A stretch of DNA of 32,000 nt from Thermococcus kodakarensis KOD1 (GCF_000009965.1 NC_006624.1:1260001-1292000), one strand, 5' to 3'; counted from the first letter of the stretch, positions 11,103-19,631 are shown. Notes: generated by a model not told the origin, from the letters alone. Numbers and translations: made by a program.

Positions 11103-12121
11103 TATACCTCCCTCCTGAAGGGTATGGAGGTTTTGCCCTCCCTCGCCAGCTCTCTCCTGACGATCTCGACGCCCTTAACCATGTTCACGAGCTTCTGGTA
11201 GGCGATTCTCCTGTCGAGCAGCTTGAGACCACAGTCGGGGTTGATGTAGAGCCTCTCTGGCTCAATGTATTCCATAACCTTGCGGATGGCCTTCGCTACT
11301 TCCTCCGGGCTCTCGACGCGCGGGTTGTGGACGTCAACTACTCCAAACCCAAGCTCCTGGTGGGTGAGCTTCTTGAGGTAGTCCAGATCGCGGAAGTTTC
11401 TGTTGGCGGCCTCAAGGGCGAACTGGGAAACCTTTATGTCGTCAAAGTAGTCCGCGAGCAAGTAGTAGTTCGAGTAGCAGACGTGAAGCCCGAACTTCAC
11501 CTTAACGCCCTTTACGGCCCTGTTTATTGCTTCAACTGCTATGGAAACCTCATCCGGGTGGTTGAGCATGGCCGGCTCGTCGATCTGGATGAAGGTTGCC
11601 CCCTCCTTCTCCAGAAGCTTGAACTCCTTGTTCAGAATCTTCGCCAGGTCAAAGGCGAGCTCCTCCTTGCTCGAATAGTACTCGTTGAAGCTCCACTCGG
11701 CTATCGTGTATGGCCCCGTTATCGGGACTTTGATTATCTCCCTGGTGGTGTTCTCCTTGACCCAGCGGAACTCGTCGAGTACGAGGGGTTCCCGGTACTC
11801 GAGTTTCGAGACGGCCGCCGCCTTGTTGAAGTAGGCGTTTCCCCAGACCCTAATTGGTCCGTAGAATTTGAAGCCCGCTATCTTGGCGGTGAAGTATTCC
11901 GTCATCTCGCTCCTGCCCATCTCGCCATCCCAGGGGATATCAATCCCCGCCCTCTCGTGCTCCCTGAGGACGGCTACACTCGCATCTCTAACGGCCTCCC
12001 TGAAGTCCTCCTCCGGCAGTCTACCGAGCTCTCTAAGGTTGTACATCCTCAGGAGCCATCTCGGTTTGGGATAGCTTCCTATGATACTGGTGGGAAGTAT
12101 TGGAAGCTCCATTTCACTCAC
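11102..12121 (-). CDS. metE: Cobalamin-independent methionine synthase, catalytic (C-terminal MetE-type) barrel
   Basis: 339 aa. UROD/MetE-like fold blocks: LPTSIIGSYPKP, IQIDEPA. Zn ligands are in MetE order: GLHVCYSNY (His-x-Cys), ALEAANR (Glu), INPDCGLK (Cys). The ATG is preceded by GGAGGTGAG. Confidence 0.88.
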   Translation of the reverse strand: MSEMELPILPTSIIGSYPKPRWLLRMYNLRELGRLPEEDFREAVRDASVAVLREHERAGIDIPWDGEMGRSEMTEYFTAKIAGFKFYGPIRVWGNAYFNKAAAVSKLEYREPLVLDEFRWVKENTTREIIKVPITGPYTIAEWSFNEYYSSKEELAFDLAKILNKEFKLLEKEGATFIQIDEPAMLNHPDEVSIAVEAINRAVKGVKVKFGLHVCYSNYYLLADYFDDIKVSQFALEAANRNFRDLDYLKKLTHQELGFGVVDVHNPRVESPEEVAKAIRKVMEYIEPERLYINPDCGLKLLDRRIAYQKLVNMVKGVEIVRRELAREGKTSIPFRREV

Positions 12122-13043
12122 CTCCGAGCTTTCCGAGAAGCTTGAGCTTTCTCCAGGCGACGCTCTCCGGGAGGAAGTCCAGGAGCGTGTTCGGGGTGAC
12201 GTAAATCCTGCTGTGCTTTCTGAGGTAGGGCCTCAGCTTGTCCTCCAGGCGGTCCCTGCGCTCCATCCTGGTCTCTCTAGCGTCAACTATGCCCAGACCG
12301 AGCTCTCCAGAGTACTTTTCCGGAACCGAGCCGCTGACGAGGTCGACGTTCAGGATGACGTTATTCGGGAGAACCTGGGGGGTTCCGAAGTAAGTAACAA
12401 CCCAAAGCTTCTTGACCTTTGAGAGGCGCTCTATCAGGGTCTTAGCGGTCTCCTTCGATACCTCGTCGCTCTTTTCCCTCGTGGCCCTTGAGAGCTCAGC
12501 CGCCAGGGCGGGTTCCTGAATTTCCACGAGCTCAACCGGAAGCTCCTTGATGGCCTCCTCAATCACTCCCGCGTAGGCCTCTGAGAGCTCGTCGAGGTTT
12601 TTGTAGTACTCGTTAAGTGAGTGGTAGGCCAGGGTTACCGGGCCGGGCAGGACGGCCTTAAGCGTTGCCCCGGGGTAAACTTCCTCCTTTATGGCCAGCG
12701 CCTGGTTGAGCCACTCGGGAAGAGGGTTCTCGCGCAGGGAAAGCTCCCCCCTCACGATTGGCGAGCGGTAGAAGAAGTTGTTCTCATAGAACTTGAAAAG
12801 TCCGTTGACCTCAATCCCCTCTATGAAGCGTATGAAGGGGTTGAAGATGTCGTCCCAGCGGTAGAGGCCATCGGTGATCACCTGTATTCCGGCCTCCCTG
12901 AGCTTGATGAAGGCCCTCCTCGTGTGCTCAAGGTAGGCCTTTTCGAGGTCTTCCTCCCCAAGTCTTCCTATCGAGTACTGCTCGATTTTCTTAGCCAGGG
13001 AAACGGGTCTTGGAAGGCTTCCAATAAGGGCTGGCACTATCAT
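12114..13043 (-). CDS. MetE N-terminal-barrel-like protein (Zn-less paralogue of the adjacent methionine synthase)
   Basis: 309 aa. It has the same fold signature (IVPALIGSLPRP, VEIQEPAL) but contains no Cys at all, so it cannot have the Zn site. Its stop overlaps the downstream metE start by 8 nt. Its start overlaps the upstream metF stop (ATGA). Confidence 0.8.
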   Translation of the reverse strand: MIVPALIGSLPRPVSLAKKIEQYSIGRLGEEDLEKAYLEHTRRAFIKLREAGIQVITDGLYRWDDIFNPFIRFIEGIEVNGLFKFYENNFFYRSPIVRGELSLRENPLPEWLNQALAIKEEVYPGATLKAVLPGPVTLAYHSLNEYYKNLDELSEAYAGVIEEAIKELPVELVEIQEPALAAELSRATREKSDEVSKETAKTLIERLSKVKKLWVVTYFGTPQVLPNNVILNVDLVSGSVPEKYSGELGLGIVDARETRMERRDRLEDKLRPYLRKHSRIYVTPNTLLDFLPESVAWRKLKLLGKLGGE

Positions 13044-14098
13044 TCAAACACCCCCTTGATTATTTCTCTGGCCTCCCTCCAGAGGCCCAGCCATTCCTCC
13101 AGACTCCTGGAGCTGACTATGAGGTTGAGGCCCCTCACGGCCTCCACGGCCTTTAACTCCTCCAAAAGGGCCTCGAATGGCTCATCCCCCACGGGTATGC
13201 CCAGAGCCCTAAGGAAGGGCTTCATCTCCTCCTTCATGGGGTAGAGCACCGATGCGATTATCGGGACATCAACGTCCGCGTATTTCTTGAGCTCTTCAAC
13301 GATCTTTGAAATCCCAGTTGCGCTCTCCCCCGCCGCTACCACCTGGGTGAAAAAGGCCTCACTTCCCGCTATCAGCTTCCTTGCCAGTCTCCTTGCCTCC
13401 AGTTTGGGTCTGTAATGAGGGTTCATTGTGCTCGCAACCCGCGGCCTGCTCTCGACTTCAAGGACTTCCTTGGTCGGCATCACCCCTGCAAAGACGAGCC
13501 TGGCCAGGCGTATCAGGTTCGAGGCGTCAACGTCAAATACGGGCCTGCTGGGTACCGCAAAGCCCGGCCAGTCGCCGGTTGTAAGCAGAACGGCCTCACA
13601 GCCGAAGACCTGGGCGGTCCTGAGCTCTGACGTCAGGGCGTTCAGGTTCCTGTCCTTTGCGGTGATGTGTGGCATTACTCCAGAGCGCAGTCCCAGGGAT
13701 TTAAGGTAGCAGGCCACCGCAATGGGGTCGTAGTGAGGATATCCAAGGGGATTATCTGGCACCGTTACCAGGTTAGCTCTGATCTCTCTAAGAACCTGGA
13801 GGGATTCCTCGGGCTTTGAGACCGCCGCCACGGGGAACTCAACGCTGAAGGCCCTTCCCCTCTCTAGGTTCTGCCAGAAAGCCGAATCCCTGGGCCTGGA
13901 GTCTCTCTCCACGAGGTCTTCGAGCTCAAGGAGTAATGGATGCTCTTCAAAGAGAGTCGCGGGGTCAACGTTGAACCTCTCCAGTATCCTGACCCAGGGG
14001 CATTCTTTTCCATCCACCTCGCACCTCTCGTTCAGCGCCCCCCCGCAAGGACCGTTGAGGAGATCCTTTGGACACGTTGTCACCTGGATATCAACCAC
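13040..14098 (-). CDS. metF: Methylenetetrahydrofolate-reductase-like protein (MetF) with an N-terminal 4-Cys MetV/MTHFR_C-like domain
   Basis: 352 aa. The N-terminus TTCPKDLLNGPCGGALNERCEVDGKECPW gives C9, C18, C26 and C33. The body has MTHFR-like blocks VMPHITAKDRN and AVLLTTGDWP. It overlaps both neighbours (8 nt and 4 nt). Confidence 0.8.
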   Translation of the reverse strand: MVDIQVTTCPKDLLNGPCGGALNERCEVDGKECPWVRILERFNVDPATLFEEHPLLLELEDLVERDSRPRDSAFWQNLERGRAFSVEFPVAAVSKPEESLQVLREIRANLVTVPDNPLGYPHYDPIAVACYLKSLGLRSGVMPHITAKDRNLNALTSELRTAQVFGCEAVLLTTGDWPGFAVPSRPVFDVDASNLIRLARLVFAGVMPTKEVLEVESRPRVASTMNPHYRPKLEARRLARKLIAGSEAFFTQVVAAGESATGISKIVEELKKYADVDVPIIASVLYPMKEEMKPFLRALGIPVGDEPFEALLEELKAVEAVRGLNLIVSSRSLEEWLGLWREAREIIKGVFE

Positions 14099-15221
14099 CC
14101 CCCAGGGCCCTGTCTATGTCCTCGATGAGAAGATCGGCGTCCTCAACGCCAACCGAGAGCCTGATGAGGCCTGGGGTAATTCCGAGGAGCCTGCGCCTCT
14201 CCTCTGGCATAGTCTTGGCGGCACTCATCACGGGGTAGGATGCCAGGCTCTCAACGCCCCCAAGAGAGGGCGAGGGGAATACCCTCTTCAGCCTCATGAG
14301 AAACGCCTTAGCCCCGCTCTCTCCCTCCCTGTGGAGGAAGCTGAGGACTCCGCCGAAGAGGGGCTTTGAGAATATCCTCCTGGCGGTGGGATGGTATGGA
14401 TCGTCCTTGAGGCCAGGGTAGTGAACTTTTTCAATCTTTGGATGCTCGCTCAGGAATTCGGCTATGGTCTGGGCAGTTCTGCTCTGTCTCTCAAAGCGCA
14501 GCTCCAAAGTCTTGAGGCCCCTGATTACCAGCCAGGCCTCGAAGGGCTGGATTATCGATCCAAGCCTCCTCCTCCAGTGCCAGAGGTTTTCAGGATCAAG
14601 GTCGCCCCATATCAGAGCCCCGCCCATAACGTCATTGTGGCCAGCTATGTATTTGGTGAGGCTGTGGATTACCCCATCTGCCCTAACTTTTAGCGGCTTG
14701 AAAATCAATGGAGAGAATGTGTTGTCAACTACGACCGTTGCCCCCACCTCTTTCGCCCGCCTTATGACTTCAGGAACGTCTATTACCTTCAGGGTCGGGT
14801 TGGTGACTACTTCTGTAAGAACCAGCCTGGTGTTCTCCGTTATCGCCTCATTGAGGGCTTCTGAACTCGGATATGCAAGCTTGACCCTCACACCGAACTT
14901 CCTCAGCTCCTCTGCGAGCTGGATCGTCGTTCCATAGCCCTCCATGGGAAGAACTACTTCTTCGCCCGCTTTGAGAGTGGAAATGTATAGAGCGCTTATG
15001 GCTGCCATCCCGCTGTTGAATGCCAGAGAATCCGTGCCCCCCTCTATAGAAGCAACTTTCTTTTCCAGGAGCCTTACCGTTGGGTTTTCTTCCCTGGAGT
15101 ACTTGAGGTCAAAACCCCTGTCCGAGAGCCCCGTCTCGCCTGCCTGCTCAAAGGCAACCGTGAGGTACACTGGATCATGGAGAGGCTTCACTGCAACCAC
15201 CCACGTCCACTTCCCCCACAT
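14091..15221 (-). CDS. Cys/Met-metabolism PLP enzyme (cystathionine gamma-synthase / O-substituted-homoserine sulfhydrylase family)
   Basis: The PLP-lysine block is VIHSLTKYIAGHNDVMGG. The overall layout is CGS/MetY-like. The ATG at 15221 abuts the TATA box, so the real start is more likely GTG 15191 (GGTGG SD 5 nt upstream) or GTG 15200. Confidence 0.85.
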   Translation of the reverse strand: MWGKWTWVVAVKPLHDPVYLTVAFEQAGETGLSDRGFDLKYSREENPTVRLLEKKVASIEGGTDSLAFNSGMAAISALYISTLKAGEEVVLPMEGYGTTIQLAEELRKFGVRVKLAYPSSEALNEAITENTRLVLTEVVTNPTLKVIDVPEVIRRAKEVGATVVVDNTFSPLIFKPLKVRADGVIHSLTKYIAGHNDVMGGALIWGDLDPENLWHWRRRLGSIIQPFEAWLVIRGLKTLELRFERQSRTAQTIAEFLSEHPKIEKVHYPGLKDDPYHPTARRIFSKPLFGGVLSFLHREGESGAKAFLMRLKRVFPSPSLGGVESLASYPVMSAAKTMPEERRRLLGITPGLIRLSVGVEDADLLIEDIDRALGGG

Positions 15222-15240
15222 CTTTATATATTTTTCGACA
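15222..15240 (-). promoter_or_regulatory. BRE/TATA promoter of the seven-gene Met/Thr operon
   Basis: The minus strand reads TGTCGAAAAATATATAAAG: an A-rich BRE followed by a TATATAAA box. Its centre is about 36 nt upstream of GTG 15191. That matches the 34-38 nt TATA-to-start spacing I measured for nikR, the 5086 gene, pepQ, the RM gene and the 24616 gene. Confidence 0.5.
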
Positions 15241-15400
15241 TATTTTTTGGCATTAAATATTCCTTGTAGTTATTCAACGCTGGATAGTTAGAACGGCAGA
15301 AGGTCATCCCCCCATTTTGGCAAAAAATAGACATGAAAACTTCAATAAACTCAAAAATTATAGCCATTATAAACAAATAAATGCAAATATTGAAGAAACG

Positions 15401-16075
15401 CTAAAGCTTCCAGACAATAGTTCTAGGGTAGAAGTTCAGGCTCGCCCTTGCCTCGGGTATTTCCATTCCTATATTTATCCCAAGGCTCATCAAATCCCTC
15501 GGGCCCCTCACTTCCCACCTGCTCTCTGCGGAAGACGTGATAAACCTGGGGACGCGGTACTTCTTCACCAGCTGCCAGGTCTTCATCATGAAGCGGAGAA
15601 TCTGCGCCCTCCCATAGGGATTAGCATTCAGGAGGGGTGAGAGGGAGAACCCTATCGCAACTCCCCGTCTCGCGGCCATTCCGGCCAAAGTATGGTCAAA
15701 GCCCGGATCCTTTCTGCCGAACCATGGACTAATCAGGGCATCTACACCGCTCTCTATTGCCATCCTGTTTATTCTCATGTCGCCGCCCTGAACGTAGAGT
15801 AGGGCCTTGAGGTTTCTGCTCTTTACTTCCCTGATGAGGCTCGGCTTTCTGGTCACGAGGAGGAGTGCGACCTTTCCGTACTTCCCGCGGAGCTCCTTGA
15901 GTTCTTCTTTTAGAGAGCCCCAATCTGGAGGGTCTTCGAGGACGAGCTTTTTTGTGAAGACTACTTCGTCAAACCAATCGCTGGCAAGTTCGTGGGCCTC
16001 TTCATCCCTAACGTCCATCTCGACGAAGTAGTCACGTGAAAAAGAAACTTCCTCCTCGCTCATTCCTCCAGCCAC
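15401..16075 (-). CDS. rnp3: RNase P protein component 3 (Rpp30 homologue)
   Basis: 224 aa. The N-terminus ...FVEMDVRDEEAHELASDWFDEVVFTK and the TIM-barrel-like pattern match archaeal Rpp30 (Pyrococcus PH1877-type) as I remember it. It overlaps the upstream COG1325 gene by 16 nt. Confidence 0.85.
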   Translation of the reverse strand: MAGGMSEEEVSFSRDYFVEMDVRDEEAHELASDWFDEVVFTKKLVLEDPPDWGSLKEELKELRGKYGKVALLLVTRKPSLIREVKSRNLKALLYVQGGDMRINRMAIESGVDALISPWFGRKDPGFDHTLAGMAARRGVAIGFSLSPLLNANPYGRAQILRFMMKTWQLVKKYRVPRFITSSAESRWEVRGPRDLMSLGINIGMEIPEARASLNFYPRTIVWKL

Positions 16076-16515
16076 TCCCTAATCGCTTTGACGACCGCTT
16101 CCTTCCTCATCGGGAAGGCCTTGACCTTTATCCTAACCTGAATGACGTCGGGCCCCTCGTCAACCTCTGCCTCACCGAGATAGGCCTTCTGCTTGTTGAA
16201 GCGGACGTAGAAAGTTCCCTCCTCGTCGACCTTCTCATCGAGGTGGTCGAGAAGGTACTTTTTATCTTCCTCACTGAGCAGTTCCTTGAAGTACTCCAGG
16301 AACTTTCTTACCGCTTTGCTCCTCTTTATCTCGACGTTCACAACCTTTATTGGGTTCCCGAAGTAGCCCTCCGTCTCTAGGATGTCAAAGAGGACGTCGT
16401 CCTCGTCTATCTCCTCTGGAATGAACGTCGCTATCGCGTCGAGCACCTTGTCCTCGTCTTCCGTCGCCTGGATGAAGGTTGTGAGCCTAACGTGGTGTGC
16501 CTTGAGCTGCGCCAT
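16060..16515 (-). CDS. UPF0201/DUF54 RNA-binding protein (COG1325, 'predicted exosome subunit')
   Basis: The ATG at 16515 (MAQLKAHHVRLTTFIQATEDEDKV...) is preceded by GGTGAGAAAG. A TATA-like GGTTTTTAAG (complement of 16549-16558) lies about 38 nt upstream. The 38-codon extension in the track has no SD. The gene is adjacent to and overlaps rnp3. Confidence 0.75.
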   Translation of the reverse strand: MAQLKAHHVRLTTFIQATEDEDKVLDAIATFIPEEIDEDDVLFDILETEGYFGNPIKVVNVEIKRSKAVRKFLEYFKELLSEEDKKYLLDHLDEKVDEEGTFYVRFNKQKAYLGEAEVDEGPDVIQVRIKVKAFPMRKEAVVKAIREWLEE

Positions 16516-16666
16516 CTTTCTCACCGGAGAAGGGTTTTGGCGAGGGGGCTTAAAAACCATTTCACTGTGCGGTTCTGAGAGAATGGCTTGACTGGTAAGG
16601 TTAGCATGGGAATGTTCATGGAAAATCATGAATCCTTCAAGAGGTTTTCCAGGGCCTGTGATGCGC

Positions 16667-18238
16667 TTATCCCCCCACTTCCCTTACCCTTCCCTTCTCC
16701 ACCAGCACGAGCCTGTCCACGAGCTTGGTTGTGGACGGCCTGTGGGATATCGCGACCAGGGTTATCCCCCTGGCTTTTATCTCCCCGATTATCTCCGCCT
16801 CCACGTCCGGATCAACTCCCGAAAGGGCCTCGTCCAGGATGAGAACCTCTGGTTTGCGGATCAGGGCCCTGGCCAGGGCTATCCTCTGCCGCTCTCCCAA
16901 GGAGACTTCCCTGTAACTGGGCCCGATCTTCTCGTCCAGGGGCAGGTTCACCTTCGCAATACTTACGGCTTCCCTAAGCTCCTCTTCGTCGAACTCTTCC
17001 CAGAGGGTTACGTTCTCCCTAACAGTGCCGGGGAATATGAACTCGTTGGTTTCCACCAGGATTATCTTTCTCCTCAGGTTCCCGAACTCCTTGGCAGGGA
17101 TGTCGTTAACCAAAACTTTTCCTTCCTCCGGGCGGTAGTGGCAGGCGATTACGTTCGCGAGGGTCGTCTTGCCGCTTCCGCTCTCCCCGACGATGCCCAC
17201 ACTCTCCCCGCGAGATATCTTGAGGTTCACGTTCTTCAGGATCGTGCCGTACGAGACGTTTCTCAGCTCTATGCCCTCAACCCGTGTGAGGGTTCTCTCT
17301 CCAAAGTTCTCCTCCTCCATGTTGAGAGCCTCATCGATTCTCTTAAGGGCTGGGTAGGATTCTGGAACGTGGCCGAGGTCGTTTAAAATTACGACCAGGG
17401 GCTCTATGATCTCTCCCGCCATCATGTAGAACGCCACCAGAGTGCCTGTGTCCATCCTCCAGAGGAGCCCGACCAGAACGCTGATAAGGGGTACGAGCCT
17501 GTAGAGGGTGTGGTAAAGATACCTGTACTTCAAAGACGCGAGCACGAGCCCCTTGACCGAGTTGTACCATCCCGTACACTCGTCGTTCAGCTTCCTCATG
17601 GCCCCTCTCAAAGAGTCCGTGTTTTTAATGCTTTTTCTCCCTTCGAGGTTCGTCCTTATCCTCTCAATCAGCATTGAGAACCTGTCCCTCTCTTTCGAGG
17701 ACACCTTGGCGAGTTCCCCGACCTGCTTTTTGAAGAGGAGAACGGTCGCTATCAAAAACGGGAGCAGGACGAGGGAGAGCCTTGGGCTAAGGAGGAAGAG
17801 GGCTATTAAATAGGCCCCAAAGCTCACAGCGTTCACGACCAGAGCGGGTATAAGGGCTGCCGAGAGTGAGCTGACGTAGACGACGTTTGAAACCAGGTCC
17901 GTGAGGTATTCCCCGGGAGTTTTCACCCTGAAGGTTTCCTCCTTTGCGTGGAGGATTTTCTCGTAAATCCTGCCTATTATCTCCACCTGCATTGCCCTCT
18001 TGGATACGTCAAGGAGGTAGGTAACCACGAAGCTCAGGGCGTTTATCAAGACGAGAAAACCTCCAAGGATGAGTATTCTGCTCGTGTTCGGGCTGTTTAT
18101 CGTGTCCCTCAGCATCAGGGCAAAGCGGACGTTCAGGTACGAGACAATCAAATTCAGGAGAACGATGAGCGCCTGCCTCTTCCTCAGCGTCCTGGAAAGC
18201 TCCCAGTACTTGGAAAACGAGTACCTGAGCACGCCCAT
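16667..18238 (-). CDS. ABC half-transporter (fused 6-TM exporter domain plus ATPase, MdlB/MsbA-like)
   Basis: Walker A GESGSGKTT, signature LSLGERQR, Walker B VLILDEALSGVD, H-loop AISHR. The N-terminal ~300 aa are hydrophobic helices. The ATG at 18238 lies 7 nt after GGAGG. A TATA GATTTATTTATCT is the complement of 18278-18290. Confidence 0.9.
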   Translation of the reverse strand: MGVLRYSFSKYWELSRTLRKRQALIVLLNLIVSYLNVRFALMLRDTINSPNTSRILILGGFLVLINALSFVVTYLLDVSKRAMQVEIIGRIYEKILHAKEETFRVKTPGEYLTDLVSNVVYVSSLSAALIPALVVNAVSFGAYLIALFLLSPRLSLVLLPFLIATVLLFKKQVGELAKVSSKERDRFSMLIERIRTNLEGRKSIKNTDSLRGAMRKLNDECTGWYNSVKGLVLASLKYRYLYHTLYRLVPLISVLVGLLWRMDTGTLVAFYMMAGEIIEPLVVILNDLGHVPESYPALKRIDEALNMEEENFGERTLTRVEGIELRNVSYGTILKNVNLKISRGESVGIVGESGSGKTTLANVIACHYRPEEGKVLVNDIPAKEFGNLRRKIILVETNEFIFPGTVRENVTLWEEFDEEELREAVSIAKVNLPLDEKIGPSYREVSLGERQRIALARALIRKPEVLILDEALSGVDPDVEAEIIGEIKARGITLVAISHRPSTTKLVDRLVLVEKGRVREVGG

Positions 18239-18575
18239 CACAGTACCTCCTTTGCAAGCGGGGTCTTTTATCCCAATATCTCAATGCAGATAAATAAATC
18301 TTACTAAATAACAACCTAAGGTTAACAACTCTATATTATGAGCATAAGCATTCAGAAATGTTTAGTCCCCCAGCAACTATTGTGGATGAAATAAAACAGT
18401 CCTGCTTATTCGGGATCCTCAAGCATTAGCCCCTTAATCCCAACCTTCTCATAAACTGTGTCCGAGCTTATTTTGCCGCGTGGAATGCATCGAAGGCGTT
18501 AGGCTGTACTCCCCAATGCCACTGGATAACCCTCACCATCGGTGAGTGCCGAGATTAAAGTTAAAAATAGAAACA

Positions 18576-19631
18576 TCAACGCTCTCTCACCCCATCAGGA
18601 TTAACTTCAACTTCGAATTTCAGCGCATCCGTTGGGACAATCATCCTGTTGGCAATGTTGAACTTCGCTTGGGCTTCAAAGGACAACCGGGCATTGTTCT
18701 GCGTGGAGACGAGGATAACGCTCGGATTTGCATCGAGGATCATCCCATAAGCGGGTCGCGATAGCCTCCCATTTCTAATCTTCTTCACAAAGTCATAGTG
18801 GATAAACTCAACATCCCTGCCAATCTCACGACTCTTAACCTTCCATCTAAACGTGATACCATCGTTGGTATCCTCACTAGTTGATGCAGAGGCCGAATAA
18901 CCGAGCGTGTTCCCGTCCACGCTTATCTGTGAGGTGTACGAGTAGTATCTTTTGGGCCCCCCGTCCATTTGGGGGAGCCACTTGCTTATCCATATCTTCG
19001 AAAGGGGTATTTCGGCGGGAACACTGACATCAACTACCATTTCATCAACGGCTATATCATGTCTCTTGGGTTTGGCAACCTGATAAATCTCCACCAGATA
19101 GTACATCATCCCAGATGTTGTGGAAACGTAGCTGAACTCCGCAGTTACCCCCATCTCCATTGTCGTCCCGATAGAAGCCTTTTTCCATGTGATCGCACCG
19201 ATGTCGGTCCAATTCCTAGTTCGTCCCAGCATCGATGCTTCTCTAAATGTTGGTCTCTGCGAGAAGTGCCTAGCATTTTTGATAAAGTCCCTCAGAGCAG
19301 CCTCCTTTTTTGCGGGCCCCTCAACAATGTAGTAATACACCCTACCGTCTGGATTCTCGTACACTCCAAGGAACGTTATTCGAGATAACTCGTAGTTGAG
19401 AACTATTCTTAGGGTCATGTTATTGTGTTCAAGCTCTGTCAAGGCTTTCACAGCATCTCCGCCATAGAAGTACATCGTTTTGCCCAGTGATGCTGGGGGA
19501 AGTTTGATGTCCAACGTATTGTTGGATTCTGTGGGCTTGATCATTGGGCGGCTTGTTTCAGCCATCGCTATTCCTACCATCAGCAGTCCCAACAGGACTG
19601 CGAACAGGGGCTTCCACTTCACGAAGTTCAC
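18576..19631 (-). CDS. Hypothetical secreted protein (about 350 aa) with an N-terminal signal peptide, no recognisable domain
   Basis: ORF from the track. The GTG at 19631 lies inside a GGTGA SD, so GTG 19622 (MKWKPLFAVLLGLLMVGIAMA-ETS) is the more likely start. The signal-peptide-like N-terminus is followed by a beta-rich, Tyr/Ser/Thr-rich sequence. The gene looks more A/T-rich by eye than its neighbours. A T5 tract lies just past the stop. Confidence 0.75.
   Translation of the reverse strand: MNFVKWKPLFAVLLGLLMVGIAMAETSRPMIKPTESNNTLDIKLPPASLGKTMYFYGGDAVKALTELEHNNMTLRIVLNYELSRITFLGVYENPDGRVYYYIVEGPAKKEAALRDFIKNARHFSQRPTFREASMLGRTRNWTDIGAITWKKASIGTTMEMGVTAEFSYVSTTSGMMYYLVEIYQVAKPKRHDIAVDEMVVDVSVPAEIPLSKIWISKWLPQMDGGPKRYYSYTSQISVDGNTLGYSASASTSEDTNDGITFRWKVKSREIGRDVEFIHYDFVKKIRNGRLSRPAYGMILDANPSVILVSTQNNARLSFEAQAKFNIANRMIVPTDALKFEVEVNPDGVRER

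Noticed and set aside
15317-15640. 107-aa plus-strand ORF beginning in the A/T-rich spacer between the Met operon promoter and the rnp3 stop.
   Set aside because: It starts at a TTG with no SD, and most of it is antisense to rnp3. The spacer is better explained as the rnp3 terminator T-tracts plus the operon BRE/TATA.
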